From the NCBI GenBank assembly GCA_030427205.1, contig JAUHXC010000013.1, forward strand, positions 70,413 to 134,412: 64,000 nucleotides of DNA, read 5' to 3'. Position numbers and translations under genes: made by a program. The DNA is from a bacterium (lineage in GTDB: Bacteria; Myxococcota_A; Bradymonadia; UBA7976; UBA1532). This document shows positions 55,853-64,000 of this stretch, piece after piece; position 1 is the stretch's first letter, and every line of letters begins with the position of its first letter. Under the pieces are notes generated by a model, which did not search any database, was not told where the DNA came from, and saw only the letters and a list, made by a program, of their open reading frames with translations.

Positions 55853-56596
55853 TCAGGCGGTCTGTTCGCGGTGCTCGATGAGCTCGTCGGGCGGGTTGAA
55901 GGCGGCCCAGACGCCGCCGACGGAGAGGTAGAGCACGCACAGGAACAGCATGTACTCGGGCATCAGCTTGAACGGCGCGAGCAGGTAGACCGCGACGATG
56001 TTGCCGATCTGGAACCAGTGCACGAGCTTGTTGCCGCGCCCCTTGAGCTTGGGCAGGCGGATGTTGCTGACCATCGCGAAGCCGGCGGCGACCAGCAGGA
56101 CCGGCGCGGCGTGCAGCAACCCGGCGTCGAGGCCGTACTTGTCCCAGGTGAGGTAGGCCAGCGCCAGCACCGCGCCGCAGAAGGTCGTCGGGATGCCGAA
56201 GAAGACCTTGTCCCCGCCCGGCGGCGAGCTGATGTTGAAGCGCGCGAGCCGGCCTGAGGTGGCGACCACGTAGCAGCCGAGCGCGACCATCAGCCCGATG
56301 CGCCCCAGGCCGTCGTCGAACGCCGGCAGCCCCTGCAGGCGGAAGAAGAAGAGGCCGGCGGGCGCGATGCCGAAGACCACGAAGTCGGCGAACGAGTCGA
56401 ACTGCATGCCGAACTCGGACGTGGCGTCGAGCAGCCGCGCGGCCGTGCCGTCGAGCTTGTCGAGCAGCACCCCCCACAGGATCATCCACGCGGCGAGGGT
56501 GTAGTCTCCCGCGGCGGACATGGCCACCGAGCTGAGCCCGAAGAGCATCGAGAGAGCGGTGAAGCCGTTGGGTACGGCGTACTTGAGGGCGACCAT
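55853..56596 (-). CDS. CDP-alcohol phosphatidyltransferase (phosphatidylserine synthase-like)
   Basis: D-G-x2-A-R...G...D-x3-D motif (LDKLDGTAARLLDATSEFGMQFDSFADFV) and a multi-TM profile. Confidence 0.8.
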   Translation of the reverse strand: MVALKYAVPNGFTALSMLFGLSSVAMSAAGDYTLAAWMILWGVLLDKLDGTAARLLDATSEFGMQFDSFADFVVFGIAPAGLFFFRLQGLPAFDDGLGRIGLMVALGCYVVATSGRLARFNISSPPGGDKVFFGIPTTFCGAVLALAYLTWDKYGLDAGLLHAAPVLLVAAGFAMVSNIRLPKLKGRGNKLVHWFQIGNIVAVYLLAPFKLMPEYMLFLCVLYLSVGGVWAAFNPPDELIEHREQTA

Positions 56597-56754
56597 GGCA
56601 GGCTCTCGGCCCCCGACCGCCGCGCGTCGCGCGCGGAGCGCCTCGGGGGCAGCGCCCCAAACTAGAAGCCCCGCCGGACTCCTGTCAACGCATCGTCACC
56701 ACCGCGCGCCCGGGCGATGCGCGCTGCGCCGGCGCCGGTGCCCATGCGGTCGCC

Positions 56755-58104
56755 GTGATCGGTCCATCGATGTACACTGCGCCCGATGTTCGCTCGACAC
56801 GCCACCGACATCGCCTCCATCCGGCAGCTCGCGCCGTGAGCGAGCCGCCGCGCTTCGAGCAGGATACCGATCCGACCCCCGATGGCCGCGGTTCGACGAT
56901 CGCCGACGCCGTCGATACGACCGCCGAGTCGCCGTCCAACCCCCGCTGGTCGGCCGACGCGCTGCCCGACGCCGCGCAGCCCGCCGGCCGGCAGGAGCCG
57001 CCGACCCGCCGCACCCGCAGCCAGCCCATGGAGATCATGGCGGGCACGCCCGCCGCCGGCGCGGTCCGCGACGGTCTGACCAGCCCGGCGACCGTGCGCG
57101 AGCGGGCGACGCCGCCGCCCCTGCCGCCGCTCGGGGCGCGGGTCGGCATCCACGATCAGCGGGACGGGCTGCAGCTCGGCGGCGCGCGCCGCAAGCCGCT
57201 CGATGCGCGCACCGTCGAAGTCAGGCTCAAGGACGTCGTCGCCGACGCGGCGGGGCGCCCCGCGCAGGAGCCGCTGGGCAAGGCGCCGGGGCCCCGCTCG
57301 GCCACGCTGAGCGCCCGCACCCGCATGGCCGTCTTCTTCGGCCCCAAAGGCGGGGTGGGGGCGACGACGTTGGCGTGCAACGTCGGCGGCATCCTGGCCC
57401 GCAACGATCGCTCGACGGTGCTCGTCGACCTCGACCTGCAGCTCGGCGCGGTGCCGGTCAGCCTGGGCGTGCAGCCGGTGCACAGCATCTCGACCCTGGT
57501 GCGCGAGGCGCGCCGCATCGGCGGCATGGGGGCCGGCCCGCTCGAGACCGAGCTCGACGCGCACCACACCGGGCTGCGTATCGCCGCCCAGACCCGCATC
57601 GAGGATCTGGGCGCGGTGACCGTCAAGCGCCTGCCCCGCTTCTTCGACGCGCTGGGCACCGGCTTCGCCCATGTGCTCGTCGATGGGCTGCGCGACTTCA
57701 ACGATCACGCGGTCATGACGATGGATCTGGCCCACCTCATCGTCATCGTCATCACCCAGGACGTACCCGCGGTGCGCGCCGGAGCCCGGGCGCTGCGGCT
57801 CTTTCGCCGGCTGGGCTACAAAGACGACCGCCTGCTGTTGGTGGTCAACCGCTATCACCGGCGGGCGCCGGTCACGCTCGACGACATCGGCCGGGTGCTC
57901 GGCATGCCGGTGCACGCCCGGGTGCACAACGACTTCCCGCTGATCGAGCAGGCGCTCAATCGCGGCCAGCTCGTCGATCGGATCCAGCCGCGGTCGCGGC
58001 CGGCCCGTGACCTGCTCGAGCTCGCGCGGCTGGTGGCCGGCGACGTCGAGCCGGCGCCGGCGGTCGACGAGCGCGGGCTGCTCGGCCGGCTCTGGCGCCG
58101 TTGA
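56755..58104 (+). CDS. ParA/MinD-superfamily ATPase (CpaE/FlhG-like) with a ~190-aa disordered N-terminal region
   Basis: Deviant Walker A FFGPKGGVGATTLACNVG with the signature Lys in KGGVG. A GTG at 56836 is an alternative start. Confidence 0.7.
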   Translation: MIGPSMYTAPDVRSTRHRHRLHPAARAVSEPPRFEQDTDPTPDGRGSTIADAVDTTAESPSNPRWSADALPDAAQPAGRQEPPTRRTRSQPMEIMAGTPAAGAVRDGLTSPATVRERATPPPLPPLGARVGIHDQRDGLQLGGARRKPLDARTVEVRLKDVVADAAGRPAQEPLGKAPGPRSATLSARTRMAVFFGPKGGVGATTLACNVGGILARNDRSTVLVDLDLQLGAVPVSLGVQPVHSISTLVREARRIGGMGAGPLETELDAHHTGLRIAAQTRIEDLGAVTVKRLPRFFDALGTGFAHVLVDGLRDFNDHAVMTMDLAHLIVIVITQDVPAVRAGARALRLFRRLGYKDDRLLLVVNRYHRRAPVTLDDIGRVLGMPVHARVHNDFPLIEQALNRGQLVDRIQPRSRPARDLLELARLVAGDVEPAPAVDERGLLGRLWRR

Positions 58105-58124
58105 CGCGCGGTCCGGCGGGGCTC

Positions 58125-58697
58125 TCAGCCGCCGTCGACCACCGTCGCCCCGGGCAGCGCCATCTCGGCCAGCGCGTCCGCCGCGCCGCCGAAGCCCCGG
58201 ATGAGGATCACCGGCTTGTCCTGAGCCCGCCCGCCGATGGCCTGCCGCCGGGCCTGCTCGCCGCCGCCGATCACCACGAAGCCGACGCAGGTATCGACGA
58301 AGAGCGCCGACTCGTCGCCGAATCGCTCGCCGACCGGCACCAGCCAGTCGACGGGCGCGACGGGCAGCGCGCGGCCGGCGTCGCAGGTGATGCCGATGGT
58401 GGTGACCCGCTGCGCAGCGCACCAGCGGGCGATCAGCGCCGAGATGCGCCCGTCGCAGGCACAACTCGCGACGGCCAGCCGTTCGCCGTGCAGCGCCCGC
58501 GCCTCGTCCAGCTGCGCGGACAGCGCGGCGGCGGCGGCCTCGGTCGCCGGCTCATCGAGCGTGGCGGCGTCACCCATGACCCCCACGACCGCCCAACCGC
58601 GCTCGCGACACAGGTAGCGAAACGTGGCCCCGTCGAGCACCTGGGCCCGCGTCGCCGGGCGCCAGCGGGCCCTCAGCGCGTGAATCGACTGACTCAT
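58125..58697 (-). CDS. LOG/TIGR00725-like Rossmann-fold (SLOG-type) protein
   Basis: Pattern GWAVVGVMGDA...VTTIGITCDAG...FVVIGGGEQ... resembles the LOG/TIGR00725 'lysine decarboxylase-like' family. ATG at 58697. The family assignment is from recall. Confidence 0.55.
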   Translation of the reverse strand: MSQSIHALRARWRPATRAQVLDGATFRYLCRERGWAVVGVMGDAATLDEPATEAAAAALSAQLDEARALHGERLAVASCACDGRISALIARWCAAQRVTTIGITCDAGRALPVAPVDWLVPVGERFGDESALFVDTCVGFVVIGGGEQARRQAIGGRAQDKPVILIRGFGGAADALAEMALPGATVVDGG

Positions 58698-58857
58698 GGG
58701 GTGCAATCTATCACCGCTTCGGCGGCCGGCCCACGGGGTCGCCCGTGGCCGGTGAACTCTGTACGGAACGGCGCGCAAAACTCTGCGGGATCCGCAGCCC
58801 GCTCTCCGCTATGTTGTGCCCCGCGCGCGGTCATGACAGTCGACTGAGGAGCACGCC

Positions 58858-60111
58858 ATGCGTCCGGTCTACATCGCGGGAGGGGCCCATACGCCCTTCA
58901 TCGGAAAGTTCCACCCCGACTTCATCTGGAAGGGCCACCCGGACTTCGGGACCCGCGAGAACCCCGACACCGAGGCCTACATCCGCAGCGTCGTGCCCGC
59001 GGCCCTGAGTCACGCGGGCGGCGACGGCGGCGCGGTCGACAAGGCCTACGTGGCCAACTTCGCCGGCGGCCTGTTCGACAACCAGGCGCACCTCGGCCCC
59101 TTCCTCGCCGCCGCCGACAAGGGGCTGCGCAGCAAGCCGGCCATGCGCATCGAAGGCGCCTGCGCCTCGGGCGGGCTGGCGATGTCGGCGGGCATCGACG
59201 CCATCCGCGCCGGGGCCGACGTGGTGCTGGTGGTGGGTGCCGAGGTGCAGACCACTCGCAACGCCAAGGACGGGGCCGACTTCCTGGCCCGGGCCAGCCA
59301 CTACAAGCGCCAGCGGGGCCTCGACCCGTTCACCTTCCCCGCGCTGCTCGCCCGGCGGGTCAAGATGGCGGTCGAAGCCGGCGAGCTGACCATGGACGAC
59401 CTGGCCCTGGCCTCGGTCAAGGCCTACAGCAACGCCAACAAGAACCCGTATGCCCACATGCGGTCCGTCGAGATGACCTACGAGCGCGCCTCGACGCCGA
59501 GCAAGGCCAACCCGACCTTCCTCTCGAACCCCGAACTGCGCCCCTACCTGCGGGTCTCGGACTGCTCCCAGGTGAGCGACGGCGCCTCGGCGATCGTGCT
59601 CGCCAGCGAGGCGGGGCTCGCCCGGCTGGGGCGGGCCAAGGGCGACACCGTCGAGATCCTGGCCTGCGCGGTGAGCTGCGCGCCCATCGACGAAGACAGC
59701 TCCGGGGTCGACCTCGACAACATCCACGCGGCGGTGACCCGGGCCTACGCCGAGGCCGATCTGGGCCCCGACGCGATCCAGGTGGCCGAGGTGCACGACT
59801 GCTTCACCATCGCCGAGGTGCTGATGTACGAGGCCATCGGCGTCGCCGAGAAGGGGCAGGGGGCGCGCTTCCTCAAGGACGGCCACGCGGCGATCGACGG
59901 CAAGGTGCCGGTCAATACCGGCGGCGGGCTGGTGGGCTTCGGCCACCCGGTCGGCGCGACGGGCGTCAAGCAGGCGTTCGAGGTCTTCCGCCAGATGAAG
60001 GGCATGTGCGGCGACTACCAGATGGCCAAGGCGCCGGGCGTCGGCCTGAGCGCCAACATGGGCGGCGACGACCGCACCGCCGTGGTCACCGTCTACCGCG
60101 ACGCCGGCTGA
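58858..60111 (+). CDS. thiolase-family protein (acetyl-CoA acetyltransferase / SCP-x-type lipid transfer thiolase)
   Basis: Active-site Cys in EGACASGG, a C-terminal NTGGGLVGFGHPVGATG segment, and a His/Cys pair. Confidence 0.85.
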   Translation: MRPVYIAGGAHTPFIGKFHPDFIWKGHPDFGTRENPDTEAYIRSVVPAALSHAGGDGGAVDKAYVANFAGGLFDNQAHLGPFLAAADKGLRSKPAMRIEGACASGGLAMSAGIDAIRAGADVVLVVGAEVQTTRNAKDGADFLARASHYKRQRGLDPFTFPALLARRVKMAVEAGELTMDDLALASVKAYSNANKNPYAHMRSVEMTYERASTPSKANPTFLSNPELRPYLRVSDCSQVSDGASAIVLASEAGLARLGRAKGDTVEILACAVSCAPIDEDSSGVDLDNIHAAVTRAYAEADLGPDAIQVAEVHDCFTIAEVLMYEAIGVAEKGQGARFLKDGHAAIDGKVPVNTGGGLVGFGHPVGATGVKQAFEVFRQMKGMCGDYQMAKAPGVGLSANMGGDDRTAVVTVYRDAG

Positions 60112-60133
60112 GCGCGCGGCGCAGCGCACCTCC

Positions 60134-61699
60134 TCAGCGCACCTCGAACGGCTCCGGCCGCCCCAGCACGGTGCACCACCGCTTCAGCCGGGGCACCGGC
60201 CGGGTATAGGGCTCGGGCTCGGGCATCACCACGAACGTCGTCGGACAGCGACACGGCTCACCCCGTTGATGGGCCGCGTGCTCGTGGGCCAGGAAGCTGC
60301 CCGTATTGACGAAGAATGCCCGGTGGTCGTGGGCCATGCGCCGGCGCACCGGGCGGTGGCTGTGCCCCATGGCCACCACCGGCACGTCGAGCAGCTGGCC
60401 GATGCCGCTCGCCGCCCGATCGAGCTTGGCCTTGATGTCGCGCGGGTAGCGCGCCCGCAGCGTCTTGACCGCGAAGACCCCGCCCACCGTCGCCGCGAGC
60501 AGCAGCCCCAGATCGATGAGCCAGCCCCACGGGGTCAGCAGCGTCGTCACCAGGGTCGTGATGCCCACCAGCATCGCGCTCCACTCGACCATGCCCATCA
60601 TGGTCCACAGCCCCAGCGCCCGCCCCATGATCGAGCGCGCGCCCAGGGCCTCGAGCTGCTGCAAGGTCGCATCGTCCAGCCCGAAACGCGCGCCGAGCGC
60701 CGCCCGCCGCTTGATGTGCGCCTCGTCCGCCGCCGGGCTCTCGAAGCGGCCGTGCTCCAGGTGATAGCGCGCGACCCGCCCCATCAACTCGCCGTAGAAC
60801 TTCAGGCTCTCGAGCGCCTGCTTGAGACCCAGCGTGCGAAAATAGGCGTAGTACTCCCGCAGCCCCCAGTGCTCCTTGTCGTGGGTCCGAAAGCCCGCCT
60901 GGCGGTTGGCGAAATAGCGGATGGCCAGATAGCTCAGCGGATGGGTCAGCTCCTCCTCCGCCTGTGGCTTGAGCGGGCACAGCTGCGGCGGAGTGACGCA
61001 GAAGTCGTCGAAGCGATGACCGTGCTCCACGTAGATCAGGCCCGGCTGGTAGTAGAACCAGCTGTTGAAGCGAATGCGCTCGGCGAACGACTCCGGGGTC
61101 TCGTCGGGGTGGCCCTCGTCGCCGAAGAAGAGATCGACGAGGCCGTCGACGAGCGCCTCGCGCACCGCCGGCCAGAAGAGCTCTTCGTCGTGGTTGCCCT
61201 GGATGATCTCCAGCCGGTGCCCGGCGCCGACGAAGGCGGCGAGGAAGACGAAGAAGTCTCGATGGCGCTCCATCAGCCGGCGCAGCTTCCACACCGACTC
61301 CTCCTCGCGGGTGCCCAGCCCGTAGAGCGCCGCCTCACCGGTGGTGCCCGGCGGCACCATCGTCACCTGCAGGAAGTCGAGCAGATCGCCGCCGAGCACC
61401 AGCCGCCACGGCCGCCCGCCCGGGCGGTGGGTCGCGTGATACTCGAGGAAGTTGCAGACGTGCCCATCGAGATCCGCCGCCCGCTTGAGGTACTCGATGC
61501 GCGAGTGCTCCTTGCAGGCCTCGCCCAGGTGCAGATCGCTGATCAGCAGCAGGTTCTCACCCGCGACCGGGCGCGGCTCGACCTCGTCGGGCAGCTCGAC
61601 CTCGGCGGTTCGGCGGGCGCGCCCCAGCAGGCGGCGCAGTCGGGCGATGCGGCTCACCCGCTCAACCGGGGTCGGTCCGCTCGCGGCACGGCAGATCAC
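60134..61699 (-). CDS. metallophosphoesterase (calcineurin-like) with C-terminal TM segments; start uncertain
   Basis: Motifs LISDLHLG, GNHDE and GHSH are present. The 5' end overlaps the upstream gene by 38 nt, so the true start is probably downstream of 61699. Confidence 0.75.
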   Translation of the reverse strand: MICRAASGPTPVERVSRIARLRRLLGRARRTAEVELPDEVEPRPVAGENLLLISDLHLGEACKEHSRIEYLKRAADLDGHVCNFLEYHATHRPGGRPWRLVLGGDLLDFLQVTMVPPGTTGEAALYGLGTREEESVWKLRRLMERHRDFFVFLAAFVGAGHRLEIIQGNHDEELFWPAVREALVDGLVDLFFGDEGHPDETPESFAERIRFNSWFYYQPGLIYVEHGHRFDDFCVTPPQLCPLKPQAEEELTHPLSYLAIRYFANRQAGFRTHDKEHWGLREYYAYFRTLGLKQALESLKFYGELMGRVARYHLEHGRFESPAADEAHIKRRAALGARFGLDDATLQQLEALGARSIMGRALGLWTMMGMVEWSAMLVGITTLVTTLLTPWGWLIDLGLLLAATVGGVFAVKTLRARYPRDIKAKLDRAASGIGQLLDVPVVAMGHSHRPVRRRMAHDHRAFFVNTGSFLAHEHAAHQRGEPCRCPTTFVVMPEPEPYTRPVPRLKRWCTVLGRPEPFEVR

Positions 61700-63200
61700 A
61701 CTGCCGGCGGCGGGCGCAGCCGTAGGCGCAGCCGGCGCTGGCGGCGAAGATCCGCAGCACCTCGTCGGCTCGGGCGATCTCGGGCACCAGCCGGCGGGCC
61801 GCCGCCGCGGCCAACGCCCGCTCGGCGGCGTCGGCCGCGTAGGGGCGATCGAGCAGGCCCAGCCGGTAGAGGGTATCGCGCACCGGTCGGTCGGGGCGGG
61901 CGGTGAAGTCGTCGATGCCCGCGTGGGGGACGCCGCCCGCGTCCGCGAGCAGCGTCATCAGGTGGAAGAGCTCCACCCCCAGGAGCCCGCGGCCCAGCGC
62001 CCCGTCCAGCCGGGTATAGGCCTCGGCCGCGGTCTTGCAGCGCTCCAGATCCGACGCCAGGTCGGGCTGCTCGGCGCAGCGCCGGGCCACCACCGAGGCC
62101 AGCATCAGGGCGCCGGCGTCGGTGATCGCCGGCGGATGCTCCGGGGCGGTGCCGTCGTGCAGCGCGTCGAGCACGCCCGCCCGATCCAGCTCGGCGAAGG
62201 CGGCGTCGGCGCCGGCCGGCGTGCGCTGGCCCTGACCGCCGAGCGCCGCGCGCACCGCCGCCCGGAAGAGCGCCCGCGGCGCATCCTCCATCCAGTCCTC
62301 GGGGCTCGGCGCGCCGGTGGCCAGCGACTCGGGGGGCACCAGCCCCGCGTCCTGGCGGGCGGCCCACCACTCGGCGAGCCGGTCGCGGGTGATGGCGAGC
62401 ACGTCGTCGTCGAAGAGGCCCGCCGAGGTGAAGCGCTGGATCGGCACCGCGCGCCCGCGGCCGAGCGGCGAAGGGCCTTCGACCCCGGGCGCCGGCGCCG
62501 GCGGAGCGGCCGGCCGCGCGGGCGCCGGGGCAGGCGGGGCGGCGGGCACGGCGGCGACGGGCGGCGCGGGCGCGGCGGCCGGCGCACTGGGCGCGGCGGG
62601 CGCAGCCTCGGCCGGCGCGCCGGGCACTTGCGGCGGCGGCTCGGGCTGGTCCTCGTCGAGGAAGTCCTCGAGGTCGAGGTCGTGCGCCCGTTTGAGCCAG
62701 GACTGCCCCAGATCGGTCAGGCCGAGCCGGATACCGATCGGCCGGAAGAGGCCCAGGCCCTGCGCCAGCGAGACCCACTGCCGCACCGCCGGCCCCGAGA
62801 GGCGGTTGCCGGGGTAGGCGAACGAGTCGACGTACTTCAAGATCTCGTTGGCCGAGTGCACCCGCTCTTCGAGCCGCTCGAGCACCACCTTGAACAGCAG
62901 CGGATTGACCGTCCACAGGCGCTCGAGCATGACCCCGCGGGCCTCGTCGAGCCCCGGCGCGTCGGCGAGGGCCCGCATGAATGCCGACGGCACGATCGGG
63001 TCGCTGTGCGGCACGTACAAGAACGCGAGCAGGTGGGGCAGCGTCTCGCGGCTCCACATCTGGGCCCGCTTGAGCCGCGCCCGGAACGCCTTGAACGGCT
63101 CGCCCTCGGGCGGCACGTCGCGCAGGGCGCGCAGCAGATCATCGACCGCGGCGCGGTACTCACCGCTGGGCAGTCGGGGGAAGTGGGTGAACTGAGGCAT
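61662..63200 (-). CDS. hypothetical two-domain protein with a long Pro/Ala-rich linker
   Basis: ATG at 63200 (MPQFTHFPRLPSGEYRAAVDDLL...). The N-domain and C-domain are separated by an (AP)n linker. The 260-aa N-extension in the track is Arg-rich and is rejected. Confidence 0.5.
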   Translation of the reverse strand: MPQFTHFPRLPSGEYRAAVDDLLRALRDVPPEGEPFKAFRARLKRAQMWSRETLPHLLAFLYVPHSDPIVPSAFMRALADAPGLDEARGVMLERLWTVNPLLFKVVLERLEERVHSANEILKYVDSFAYPGNRLSGPAVRQWVSLAQGLGLFRPIGIRLGLTDLGQSWLKRAHDLDLEDFLDEDQPEPPPQVPGAPAEAAPAAPSAPAAAPAPPVAAVPAAPPAPAPARPAAPPAPAPGVEGPSPLGRGRAVPIQRFTSAGLFDDDVLAITRDRLAEWWAARQDAGLVPPESLATGAPSPEDWMEDAPRALFRAAVRAALGGQGQRTPAGADAAFAELDRAGVLDALHDGTAPEHPPAITDAGALMLASVVARRCAEQPDLASDLERCKTAAEAYTRLDGALGRGLLGVELFHLMTLLADAGGVPHAGIDDFTARPDRPVRDTLYRLGLLDRPYAADAAERALAAAAARRLVPEIARADEVLRIFAASAGCAYGCARRRQCDLPCRERTDPG

Positions 63201-63458
63201 GTCCGCGTCTCGACTGCGATCTCGGTTTGCGCGCTCGGCCCGTCGGCAGCGGCGGGCACACGGCCCGCTGCGTCGGTCGACGGCGGACTCTACCCCGAAC
63301 CGCCGCCTCTGCCAACCGAGGTCGGGGGCTGGCCCGCATGCGGGACGCGCTGTGGCAGGCCTGCATCTGATATCGTGCGCGCCATGTCCACCCGCCTTCG
63401 ACTCTGCAGCCGTCACCGCGCGAACCCTGGGCGCATGGGCCCGGCGTCGGCGAGGCCG

Positions 63459-64000
63459 ATGGCGCTGATCGCGCTGCTCCTGGCGTCGGCGCCCCTCGTC
63501 GCCTGCACCGACGTCGTGCCGGGCGAAGACTCGGGGCTCGAGGCGCCCGACATGCAGCTCGCCGCGCGCTACGCCGTCGAGGTGGACGTGCTCGACGTCG
63601 GCGAGGGCTGCGTGATCGGCGGGCTGACGCCCAGCGGCGAGCCGGCGCGGGCCTCGACCACGCAGAGCGGGGCCAAGGTGCAGTGGAAGCAGATCGGCGA
63701 GAGCGGCAGCGGCCCGGAGTGGATCCTCACCGGCCACGTCTGCCCCGGCGACGGCGGCCACGGCATCCGGCTGTACGGCGGGCGCATCAGCCGCACCGGC
63801 GACGGCGACGACTCGGTCTGTCAGGTGGAGCTGGCGCTGCCCACGGGTCACGTCGGCGGTCGCCGCGCACAGAATCGCTGCCTCGACGAGCCGTGCAGCA
63901 CGCTCGAGCTGGTCTCGGACGGCTGCGGCGGCTGGGTGGGCGAATTCGAAGCGCGGTTGAGCTACGGCGCCGACTGCATCGAGCAACCCGAATGCATCAT
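63459..64000 (+). CDS. Cys-rich lipoprotein (3' end truncated at window edge)
   Basis: MALIALLLASAPLVAC lipobox, then a Cys/Gly-rich mature region. Found by manual translation. There is no stop within the window. Confidence 0.45.
   Translation, partial: MALIALLLASAPLVACTDVVPGEDSGLEAPDMQLAARYAVEVDVLDVGEGCVIGGLTPSGEPARASTTQSGAKVQWKQIGESGSGPEWILTGHVCPGDGGHGIRLYGGRISRTGDGDDSVCQVELALPTGHVGGRRAQNRCLDEPCSTLELVSDGCGGWVGEFEARLSYGADCIEQPECI

Overview
This window is about 70% GC and densely coding on both strands. The gene content looks like a Myxococcota-type chromosome: eukaryotic-like Ser/Thr kinases fused to AAA+/TPR (STAND) modules, FG-GAP/PEGA surface lipoproteins, a complete tolQ-tolR-tolA-tolB-pal cluster and many sigma-54-style features. 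I found no rRNA, tRNA, CRISPR array or intact IS element.

Syntenic blocks, in order:
1. 1-4592: DUF58 - MoxR AAA+ ATPase - DUF4350-like - DUF4129-like - NUDIX - small membrane protein. These are translationally coupled through GTGA/ATGA overlaps.
2. 5.3-16.9 kb: GT-C/PMT-family glycosyltransferase, a TRAM-domain RNA methyltransferase, a repeat-rich lipoprotein and an M1 aminopeptidase.
3. 17.1-20.1 kb: MBL-fold hydrolase, then a protein with a macro-like N-terminal domain fused to a SIR2 (DHS-like NAD-binding) domain, then a 148-aa unknown. This compact operon is the best candidate here for an undescribed NAD+/ADP-ribose-linked system, possibly a phage-defence system.
4. 23.7-28.0 kb: rtcR, then a canonical sigma-54 promoter, then rtcB, a 206-aa unknown and prfH. 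This is an rRNA/ribosome-repair module with no rtcA and an extra gene inserted.
5. 28-39 kb: a metabolic block containing MOSC, PlsC, MoeZ, a P450, a 7TM-DISM cyclase, a HutF-like deaminase, SDR, RidA, an enoyl-CoA hydratase and an acyl-CoA dehydrogenase.
6. 43.1-43.5 kb: a low-GC non-coding island with terminator-like hairpins, which may encode an sRNA.
7. 45.8-50 kb: the Tol-Pal cluster.
8. 50-56 kb: a surface-protein and kinase cluster.
9. 56.7-64 kb: a ParA-like ATPase, a LOG-like protein, a thiolase, a metallophosphoesterase and assorted lipoproteins.

Start coordinates were chosen by looking for RBS motifs and family-typical N-termini and are accurate to about one codon in places. Most long Arg/Pro-rich ORFs in the six-frame track are antisense artefacts of the high GC content and are not reported as genes.
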